Below are positions 55,802 through 64,000 of a stretch of DNA of 64,000 nt, one piece after another (the first letter of the stretch is position 1; the number at the start of each line of letters is the position of its first letter). This DNA is from Bacteroidales bacterium (lineage in GTDB: Bacteria; Bacteroidota; Bacteroidia; Bacteroidales; UBA12077). The translations under genes and the position numbers were made by a program. The stretch covers positions 41,735-105,734 of the forward strand of contig JANQHR010000102.1 of the NCBI GenBank assembly GCA_028282585.1. Reading direction: 5' to 3'. The notes under the pieces are model-generated. The model did no database searches and was not told the DNA's origin. It saw only the letters and a list, made by a program, of their open reading frames with translations.

Positions 55802-58800
55802 ATGAAAAAAGTAATTACACTCATTTTATTGAGCTTATTCTCGGTATGGTTATATGCCGGGAATGGAAAAAAAACCTCAAAAGCAGTCTCTGCCTTTCCA
55901 TGGGTAGAAAGTTTTGAAGGAACTACTTTCCCTCCAGAAGGTTGGACAACCGAAACAGAAGATGCCAGCGGTGATGGTTGGGAGCAAAATGATGGATCAA
56001 CATATGGTCCGGGAAATGTGCCTGATGGTTCATATGCAGCTATGGCAGATGTTTACAACATTTCCAAAAATATGGTGGCTAAACTTAAAACACCCGTTTT
56101 ACAATTGGGAAGTTTATCAAACCCTAAACTTAAGCTTTCATGGCAGTGTACCGATGGTTACAGTCAAGATCCTGTTTTCTTAATAAAAATGTCAACGGAT
56201 AATGGAGCCAATTATAGTGAAATATATAATCAGACTGCTGACGGATTTGCTAATGATTGGATTGAAATTGACTTAGAACTAACAGGAGCTACCGATGAAA
56301 CAATACTTTCTTTTGAAGTTATTAGCGATTATGGCAGTAAAAATCTATTCATTGATCATGTTCAGGTTTATGAGCCAGCACCTATGCAATTTGTTTCTGC
56401 TGAATCATTTCAAAACAATACAAATGTTATTTCCATAGGTAGTACAAACAATGATATTGTCAGTATTAATATAAAAACTCAAGGTGCGCTAAATAAATTA
56501 ACCATCAATGATTTTAATTTTAGTTTAGATGGCACTACAGATTTAAACGATATTACCAGGGCCCAACTGTTTTATACAGGAAATTCAAACTCATTTACAA
56601 CTTCAACGCCACTAGGAGAAACCAGCATTATTCAAAATGCTATAACCTTAAATGGAAACACCGAACTGGCGGAAGGAAACAATTATTTTTGGCTTGCATT
56701 TGATATTAGCGCTGGTGCCTTATTAGACAATTTAGTGGATGCTAGTTGTTCACAAATTAATATAGGAACAGATAATTATTCCGTTTCCTCACCAAATCCT
56801 GACGCAAACAGGCAACTTAAGAAAATTCTGAATATGCCTTCAGGAACAAACATAGCTACTGTTAATGAAAACCTTGTTTTTTACGATGATGGTGGCGAAC
56901 TAGAAAAATATTCTGAAGGGTTTGAAGGTACCGTTACGTTTGTTCCAAATACGAGTGGCAAAGCAATTAAAATTGAATGGGATAATTTTGAAATTTTTAA
57001 TACTTCCAGTACCGGTAATAACGATATCTTTAAGATCTACCATGGATCAACCACTGATGAAGCTAATTTAATTGATACTTACTCAGAAATGCCTCCTGAT
57101 ATTTATTCTATGGATGCCAGCGGTGCCATTACTATTTATTTTAAAGTAAACACAGGAGTGCCAAAAGAAGGATGGCAGGCTCAAGTTTCCGAATTTACCC
57201 CTTCTAACATGAGTTATGTTGCTTCAAATGTATTACAGGAAATCACTAATGTTGTTTCTGCATCTGAAACAGATGCTCAAATCCTAAAAATTGAAATAGA
57301 AACCGAAAATACACTTAATCCTATATCTACAGGAGATTTTATTTTCAACACTTCCGGTTCTTCCGATGCTGGAGATATTGCAAAAGCTAAATTATATTAT
57401 ACTGCAAATAAAAATGTTTTTAGCTCCTCAAATTTAGTTGGCGTGCAAAACTTACCAAATGGAGAATTTACGATAAGCTCAAACCAAGAGCTAAGTGTAG
57501 GTAAAAACTACTTTTGGTTAGTGTATGATATGGCCGATCTGGCAAATCACTATAATATTGTAGACGCTTCTTGTACTTCTGTGAATGTTGGCGGAGCAAG
57601 CCAGGTTCCCACAACAACATCTCCTGAAGGAAATAGAACCATAGACAATACCTATCGAATGCCAACATCAGGTACTCCTACAAAAACTATTTACCAGGAA
57701 ATTCCTTTTACAGATGACAACGAAGGATATGGAGGTAAATACAGTCCTGATGCTATGTCAACCGTTACATTTATTCCATCAAACAGCAACGAAAAAATGA
57801 AAGTTGATTTTTCTTCTTTCGATATTTATTATTCAAGCTCTATTTATGGTACAAAAGCAGTATTCAAAATATTTAACGGAAACAGTACTGCATCTGCCGA
57901 TTTATTATGGGAAGCTGATGAAACAAACTGCTCCGATGGGCCTGGTTATATTGTAACTTCAACTGCTGATAATGGAACACTTACCATTCAATTTGTTGGT
58001 AATACCTATACTTCCACATATACTAAAACCGGCTGGGAAGCAACATTATGGAGCGAAGTGCCTAAAGATATGGAGTTCAAATCAGCAGAGGTAACTCAGC
58101 AATCTGGCTTTGTAAAACCCGGATCTATCGATCAGCAAATACTGTCTATTAATCTGAAAACCTCTGGAACATTAAATCCTGTTAACAATACCATATTTAC
58201 TTTTAATACGAATGGAACAACCCAGCCTACTGATTTAAGTGCTGCCCGATTATATTTCACAGGAAAAGATAATGCTTTTTCAACAACAACTCCTGTTGGT
58301 ACAGAAGTTTCTGCTCCTGAAAATGATTTTACCTTTACATGTACTAATTCTCTTGAAGAAGGTAACAATTACTTCTGGTTGGTATATGATATCGCATCAG
58401 GAGCTACTATAGATAATACCGTTGATGCCGAACTTAAAAAAGTTCAATTAATGGATTCGGAACATACTGTTGAAAATGGTGCACCTGCAGAAAGCAGTAT
58501 CATTAAGAACATTTATAATCTTGGAGCCGGAATAAATACGGTATATGTTAACGAAACCCCGTTACAGTTTTTCGATGATGGCGGACAGGCCAATAAATAT
58601 TCCAAAGATTTTACCGGAACAGTAACTTTCATTCCTGAAGATAATACTCAAAAAGCCCGTTTAACCATTAACAGCCTGCAATTCTATAGCATGGACGAAA
58701 TTTCGGTCTATAATGGCACTGGAACAGAAGATGAAAACCTTATTCGTGAAATGGATGGTGATGAGAATATAATAAGTTCTGACGAACCATATGTATTTAA

Positions 58801-61800
58801 ATCTACTGCAGACAATGGCGAACTAACGGTGGAATTTAAAAGTTACTCTTGGTCAACACCTAAAGATGGATGGGAAGCCTCTGTCCAAAGCTTTATACCA
58901 CAACCCATTTTCTATAAAGATGTTGTAGTTAATCAAGCCAATACGAATCCGGTAATTAAAAATGAAAAGAATGCTGAAATCCTTCAGGCAAAACTAAACT
59001 TTGGAGGAGAAACAATGCCTGCAAATATTACAAACTTTCAGTTTAATACGGGCTTAAGTTCTGCTGATAGTGATATTTTTAATGCAAAACTATATTATTC
59101 CGAGGAAACCAATATACTTAATATTGAAAGCAGTGAACTTTTAGGAGAAACAACACCTGACACAGATGGGAACTTAATATTTAATTGCGATGTTTCAATT
59201 ACAAATGAAGCTGGATTCTACTTTTGGTTAGTTTACGATATATCTGAAAATGCCAAAATAGCAAACTTTGTGGATGCCACGCTGATAAACTTTACGATTA
59301 ATGATGAGCAACATACTCCTGATAACGGAAATCCTGCTGGCAACAGGAAAGTAATTGCAGGAATGAAAGGAGAATTTACTATTGACCAATCCGGAAATGG
59401 AGATTTTATTTCATTCGAAGAAGCTGCCAGTAGTTTAATCCATTCAGGAATAGAAGATGATGTAGTTTTCTTAGTTGAAGATGGTGTTTACGTTGAAAGA
59501 GTTCAGCTGCCTGAAATACAAGGTACATCATCTGAAAATACCATTACTTTTAAAGCCAAAAACGGAGTTAAAGAAAATGTAAAATTTGTTTACAATCTAA
59601 GCATCACAAGCTCTGATGATATCGGTATATTTGAGTTACAGGGAGCCGATTTTGTTACCTTTGAGAATATAACTTTTAAAACCAGCCAAACATCCTACGA
59701 TGGAATTATTCTGATACGTAACCAAAGTAGAGACATTACATTTGAATCGTGCTATTTTGATGCTCCTTTCTGTACTGGTTATAGTGATATTTCAGCTATT
59801 GATACCGATGCTGAAAATATAGCCAACGAGAACAACGATCGCCTTACGATTAATAATTGTGAATTTAATGGTTCAGCCACGGCATTATCATTATGTGGAA
59901 CAGGGTATGTGGTTTTACCAAAAGAAAAAGGACATATTATAACAAATAATACTTTTAGAAACCAGGGTAGAAAAGTTGCATGGTTGGATAATCAAAAGGA
60001 TATCCGATTTGAAAATAACTTAATTCTGGTTGATAATGACGGAATCTCAGAAATGATCGCAGTAGTTGGGTATCGTACCATTGGAAACTCAATATTCTCG
60101 AATAATATCATTCGTTCATCGGTAAACAAAGAAGTTGTTGGATTCCAGTTTAGGTATATCCAGGGTGATGAAGACAATCATGCTATGATCTACAACAATG
60201 TAATTAACCTTCAAGATGCAGGAAATGAATCCTATGGTTTCGAATTCGATGATGGGTCATCAAACACTGAAGTTTATTATAATACGGTTCTTATAACAGG
60301 TAGCTCAACCAACAATGCAGCATTAAGATTCTCAGGCGGAACCAGCGATATGCCTACCAATATGATCATTAAAAATAACATGTTCGTAAATAAAACAGAG
60401 CAGTATGCTGTTTCGTTGAATAATGACGCATTCTATAATGAAATTACTTTCGATTACAATAATCTGTTTACCGCAGGTACTAATTTATGTAAAAACGGAA
60501 GTGACATGGTTAGCGATTTAAACAGCTGGAAAACATTAACCGGAGCTAATCATTCTATTTCCGAAGATCCTGTTTTTTATTCAGATAATGATTTACACCT
60601 GCAATCTGCCGGTAGCCTGAATTGCGGTATAAAAATTGCATCTGTTTTGGTTGATATGGATAATGAAATTCGTTCGGAAACAACTCCTACTTTAGGAGCC
60701 GATGAATTTTCCGAACCAAGCGCAAACGCACCTTTGTTAGCCAATGGTTATCCTTTGGTGTCAAACGTTGATCATCAGAATGCTTTCTTAAATGTAAAAA
60801 CCGATAACAACGGTATGGCTTATTTTGTTATCCTGGCAAAAGATGAAACTGCCCCAAGTGTCGATCAGGTTATAAATGGCACCGATGCCACAAATAATCC
60901 TGTTGATGATCATTTAAAAGGAGAGTTTGAGTTCTACAAAAACAAAGCAGCCTCAAGTATGATTACGGGATTAGATTCGCATACTGAATATGATGCATAT
61001 GTGGTTGTGAAAGATAATCTCGGTCATATTGCCGAGTCGGTTGCTAAAGTTAGTTTCCAAACCAGTTATAAACCAACCGAGCCTTCAACTTTCGAGTTAA
61101 TTGCCACATCTAGTGATAATTTCGAAGATGGAACAGCTTACTTTTCTGGTTTAAGCGTTATTGAAGGCGAAGGAGCTACTGAATACTCTTTCAAACAAGT
61201 TCAGATTGAAGCTAGTCAATCAGGCATTATTTCATTAACCAATACCGATGACGGTCTTGTATTGGATGGCTTCTTCGTTAAATCTGCTTCTACAGCTCAA
61301 CTAAAAGGTATTAAAGCAGATGCTTCTTATACAGAAACAATTAATCTTGACGCTTATGCTGAATGGGATTATGTAAATTTAAGATCATTGGGGCAATTGG
61401 TGGGAATAGAAATCACTGCCGGTTCTGAAATGCTATATATTGATGATTTTAGTGCATTACCTTTGGAATTAAGTATTGATCCTATTAGTGATATCACAAT
61501 TAATGCAGGTGAAGAAGTAACTCTGGAAGCAATTGTTTCAGGTGGTGTTAAACCATACAATTACGAATGGACCCCAGCTGAGAATCTTAGTGATGCTACA
61601 GTTTATAATCCGGAAGCTACACCTTCTCATACAACTGAATATAGAGTTAAAGTTACCGATGCTTTTGGATCAACAACAAACACAAATCTTATTGTAAATG
61701 TGTTAAGCAACGAAGCAGCTACTGCAACATTCGAAGAATTGTCATTAAGTCCTGAATCTTACTGGATGGGTAATTCTGAGGAAGAAAATAGTATTTTCTA

Positions 61801-63793
61801 CAGTGGTTCTTTTAGTTTTAATAACTATTACAACGAATCGTATATGACCTGGATGGGATTTGCTTATTCAAATGAAACAAGTACAGATTTTGATCCTGAT
61901 TACTATTTAGAACATCAGTTCCGATCAGCCGCCGGATCAGGTGCTATGAACTCTGAAAATTATGGTGTAGCTTATGCTTATGGTTTTGTTCCTGAAATTA
62001 ACCTTACCAATACTTCTAATGGAGAATTATTAAAAGGAACATTTATTACCAATACAGCTTATTTGGTTTCATCATTAAAAAATGGTGATAGTTTTATTGG
62101 TGGGCCATTTGAGCAAGGCGACTGGTATAAAGTTACATTCTCTGGAAGAGATAAAAATGGTAATATAACTTCCAGCATGGATGTTTACTTAGCTGATTAT
62201 CGTTCTGATAATCCCGACGATCATTATATACTGGATTATTGGAAATGGGTTGATCTGTCTTCATTAGGAGAAGTACAAAAAATCTATTTTACTGTATCGG
62301 GTTCACGAAATAACGAAATTGGATTGACTATTCCTGCATATTTCTGTATCGATAACTTTAATGATATCGAACAAGATGCTGCTCCTTATATAAGAAATAC
62401 TCCGGCAAATCCTGTATTGGAAGAAGATGGTGATGCTGTAAACATTGATTTATCGGATGTGTTTAGCGATTGTGATAATGATGACAATAATATTGCAATA
62501 TCTATCAAGAGTAATTCTGATACTGATAAGATAAGCGCAGAGATAAATGATAACATTCTTACCATTACACCATTAAATAGTAACGAAGAAGACTGTCAAC
62601 TTATCATAGAAGCACTATCGAACGGAAAAACATGTGAGTTAACAATACAAGTATCAATCAATCCGTTTGACAATCCACCAATAATTGCTAATGCACCATC
62701 GGATCCTGTAATAGATGAAGATGCTAATCCTATCAATATCGACTTTACAGATGCATTTACTGATATTGATAACGAAGACAGTGAAATTACTTTATCTGTT
62801 AAGAGTATTTCAGAGCAAACTAAACTAAATGCTGTATTTGAAGGAAAAACCCTGACAATAAATCCTGCTGAAGATCAAAATGGAACTGCGATTATTACAG
62901 TTGAAGCCTTATCGAATAATAAAGCTTGTGAATTAGACCTAAAAGTTACCATCAATCCTTTAGATGATGCACCTATAATTGCTAATGTACCATCAAATTC
63001 AGTTATGGATGAGGATACCGATCCGGTTACCATCGACCTAACTGGTGTATTTACTGATGTGGATAACGACGATAATTTAATAAGCTTATCTGTTAAAAAC
63101 ATTTCAGATAATACAATCTTAGGTGCTGAACTAAACAATAATATTCTTTCTATTCATCCTGAAGAAAATCAGTATGGAACAGCTGATATTACTATTGAAG
63201 CACTATCGAATGGTAAAACATGCAATTTAACACTACCTGTAAGCATTAATCCTATTGATGATGCTCCATATATTGCAAACGAGTTGGATAATTTAACCAT
63301 TAATTCTTTGGATGAAATTCAGTTAGATTTAGGCAATGTTTTTAGTGATATTGATAATAATGATGCTGATATTAAAATTCAAATTACAGGTAATTCTAAT
63401 GAAGGATTATTGCAATGCAGTATTACTAATAATGTTCTGCTATTACAAGCTCAAAATGTAGGTAAAGAAACTGTAACAATTGATTTAAAAGCAATCAGTA
63501 ATAATAAGGATATTACTTATAGCTATGATATCAATTTAGATATTAGTACAGGGATTAACATGCGTTTTAAAGAAGAAGTGAGTTTTTACCCAAACCCTTG
63601 TAAGGATGTAATTTTTATTAATTCAAATAATAAGTTGTCCAGAATCAGTATTTTTAATATACACGGGCAATTAATAAAAGTTATCGAATCTCCTGAGGAT
63701 AAAATAGATGTTACAGATATTTCCCCCGGCACATATATTCTAAAATTAGTGCAAAGTGATCAGATTATAACTCAGAAGTTTATAAAACAATAA
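55802..63793 (+). CDS. 2663-aa T9SS adhesin-like protein with a DUF4465 (BtuJ-like) domain
   Basis: Signal peptide; cleaved-adhesin/MAM-like N-domain; four YFWLxYDI-type Ig modules alternating with three F(Y/F/T)DDxx CUB-like modules; beta-helix; FN3/PKD-like domains; DUF4465-like ATFEEL..ESYW..WMGFAYSN..YLADYR..W.WVDLSSLG..PAYFCIDNF (about 61718-62364); four stalk repeats; FYPNP...GTYILKL...KFIKQ CTD. Confidence 0.85.
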   Translation: MKKVITLILLSLFSVWLYAGNGKKTSKAVSAFPWVESFEGTTFPPEGWTTETEDASGDGWEQNDGSTYGPGNVPDGSYAAMADVYNISKNMVAKLKTPVLQLGSLSNPKLKLSWQCTDGYSQDPVFLIKMSTDNGANYSEIYNQTADGFANDWIEIDLELTGATDETILSFEVISDYGSKNLFIDHVQVYEPAPMQFVSAESFQNNTNVISIGSTNNDIVSINIKTQGALNKLTINDFNFSLDGTTDLNDITRAQLFYTGNSNSFTTSTPLGETSIIQNAITLNGNTELAEGNNYFWLAFDISAGALLDNLVDASCSQINIGTDNYSVSSPNPDANRQLKKILNMPSGTNIATVNENLVFYDDGGELEKYSEGFEGTVTFVPNTSGKAIKIEWDNFEIFNTSSTGNNDIFKIYHGSTTDEANLIDTYSEMPPDIYSMDASGAITIYFKVNTGVPKEGWQAQVSEFTPSNMSYVASNVLQEITNVVSASETDAQILKIEIETENTLNPISTGDFIFNTSGSSDAGDIAKAKLYYTANKNVFSSSNLVGVQNLPNGEFTISSNQELSVGKNYFWLVYDMADLANHYNIVDASCTSVNVGGASQVPTTTSPEGNRTIDNTYRMPTSGTPTKTIYQEIPFTDDNEGYGGKYSPDAMSTVTFIPSNSNEKMKVDFSSFDIYYSSSIYGTKAVFKIFNGNSTASADLLWEADETNCSDGPGYIVTSTADNGTLTIQFVGNTYTSTYTKTGWEATLWSEVPKDMEFKSAEVTQQSGFVKPGSIDQQILSINLKTSGTLNPVNNTIFTFNTNGTTQPTDLSAARLYFTGKDNAFSTTTPVGTEVSAPENDFTFTCTNSLEEGNNYFWLVYDIASGATIDNTVDAELKKVQLMDSEHTVENGAPAESSIIKNIYNLGAGINTVYVNETPLQFFDDGGQANKYSKDFTGTVTFIPEDNTQKARLTINSLQFYSMDEISVYNGTGTEDENLIREMDGDENIISSDEPYVFKSTADNGELTVEFKSYSWSTPKDGWEASVQSFIPQPIFYKDVVVNQANTNPVIKNEKNAEILQAKLNFGGETMPANITNFQFNTGLSSADSDIFNAKLYYSEETNILNIESSELLGETTPDTDGNLIFNCDVSITNEAGFYFWLVYDISENAKIANFVDATLINFTINDEQHTPDNGNPAGNRKVIAGMKGEFTIDQSGNGDFISFEEAASSLIHSGIEDDVVFLVEDGVYVERVQLPEIQGTSSENTITFKAKNGVKENVKFVYNLSITSSDDIGIFELQGADFVTFENITFKTSQTSYDGIILIRNQSRDITFESCYFDAPFCTGYSDISAIDTDAENIANENNDRLTINNCEFNGSATALSLCGTGYVVLPKEKGHIITNNTFRNQGRKVAWLDNQKDIRFENNLILVDNDGISEMIAVVGYRTIGNSIFSNNIIRSSVNKEVVGFQFRYIQGDEDNHAMIYNNVINLQDAGNESYGFEFDDGSSNTEVYYNTVLITGSSTNNAALRFSGGTSDMPTNMIIKNNMFVNKTEQYAVSLNNDAFYNEITFDYNNLFTAGTNLCKNGSDMVSDLNSWKTLTGANHSISEDPVFYSDNDLHLQSAGSLNCGIKIASVLVDMDNEIRSETTPTLGADEFSEPSANAPLLANGYPLVSNVDHQNAFLNVKTDNNGMAYFVILAKDETAPSVDQVINGTDATNNPVDDHLKGEFEFYKNKAASSMITGLDSHTEYDAYVVVKDNLGHIAESVAKVSFQTSYKPTEPSTFELIATSSDNFEDGTAYFSGLSVIEGEGATEYSFKQVQIEASQSGIISLTNTDDGLVLDGFFVKSASTAQLKGIKADASYTETINLDAYAEWDYVNLRSLGQLVGIEITAGSEMLYIDDFSALPLELSIDPISDITINAGEEVTLEAIVSGGVKPYNYEWTPAENLSDATVYNPEATPSHTTEYRVKVTDAFGSTTNTNLIVNVLSNEAATATFEELSLSPESYWMGNSEEENSIFYSGSFSFNNYYNESYMTWMGFAYSNETSTDFDPDYYLEHQFRSAAGSGAMNSENYGVAYAYGFVPEINLTNTSNGELLKGTFITNTAYLVSSLKNGDSFIGGPFEQGDWYKVTFSGRDKNGNITSSMDVYLADYRSDNPDDHYILDYWKWVDLSSLGEVQKIYFTVSGSRNNEIGLTIPAYFCIDNFNDIEQDAAPYIRNTPANPVLEEDGDAVNIDLSDVFSDCDNDDNNIAISIKSNSDTDKISAEINDNILTITPLNSNEEDCQLIIEALSNGKTCELTIQVSINPFDNPPIIANAPSDPVIDEDANPINIDFTDAFTDIDNEDSEITLSVKSISEQTKLNAVFEGKTLTINPAEDQNGTAIITVEALSNNKACELDLKVTINPLDDAPIIANVPSNSVMDEDTDPVTIDLTGVFTDVDNDDNLISLSVKNISDNTILGAELNNNILSIHPEENQYGTADITIEALSNGKTCNLTLPVSINPIDDAPYIANELDNLTINSLDEIQLDLGNVFSDIDNNDADIKIQITGNSNEGLLQCSITNNVLLLQAQNVGKETVTIDLKAISNNKDITYSYDINLDISTGINMRFKEEVSFYPNPCKDVIFINSNNKLSRISIFNIHGQLIKVIESPEDKIDVTDISPGTYILKLVQSDQIITQKFIKQ

Positions 63794-63799
63794 ATTTAA

Positions 63800-63833
63800 A
63801 AACAGGAGTAATAAATTCAAATTACTCCTGTTT
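63800..63833 (+). terminator. Operon terminator
   Basis: aaacaggagtaat-aaattcaa-attactcctgttt directly after the last stop codon. Confidence 0.75.
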
Positions 63834-63900
63834 AATTTATTAATAATCTGATATAATATCGTTTGAGACATTTATAACTTGCTTTTAAAATTCCGTATAT

Positions 63901-63935
63901 AAAAAGAGGCTGTCCAAAAAGGCAGTCTCTTTTTT
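63901..63935. terminator. Second hairpin or terminator
   Basis: aaaaagaggctgtc-caaaaa-ggcagtctcttttttt. Confidence 0.6.
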
Positions 63936-64000
63936 ATGCCGCTTTTTTATTTTTGGTTTCAAATAAGTTTTGGTTATTGTCTTTTTGATAAAAAAAGTAT

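Overview
AT-rich Bacteroidota chromosomal window, probably a marine or sediment Bacteroidales/Marinilabiliales-type organism (TAnnTTTG promoters, short RpoD, SusC/D pairs, T9SS cargo). Bases 1-40,660 are mostly housekeeping and nutrient genes: a 7TM-HD phosphodiesterase, NlpC/P60, Nudix, cysC-cysD-cysN, two tandem SusC/SusD pairs without CAZymes, hutI-ftcD, fabI, bamD-rpoZ-coaBC-DUF4835-recN, a probable cysteate acyltransferase (sulfonolipid SulA type), trxB, tRNA-Pro(GGG), uvrB, htrA-rpoD, dapF and an S9 peptidase. Features missed or only fragmentarily shown by the ORF track are a frameshifted IS110 relic, a decayed second cysN copy between the SusC/D pairs, a 23-bp tandem repeat and a 41-aa membrane microprotein. 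The notable part is a ~23-kb vitamin B12 locus (40,668-63,793) driven by two back-to-back cobalamin riboswitches. The rightward arm encodes a DUF6580/S-component-like membrane protein, BtuB, BtuG and three large T9SS-secreted proteins carrying BtuH-, BtuG- and DUF4465(BtuJ)-like domains, two of them on repetitive Ig/cadherin-like stalks. The leftward arm encodes an AspT/YidE(SucE)-family transporter, a Cys-rich CWC protein and a Cys-less LOV-like PAS protein. All family assignments are from motif recognition by eye; no database searches were run.
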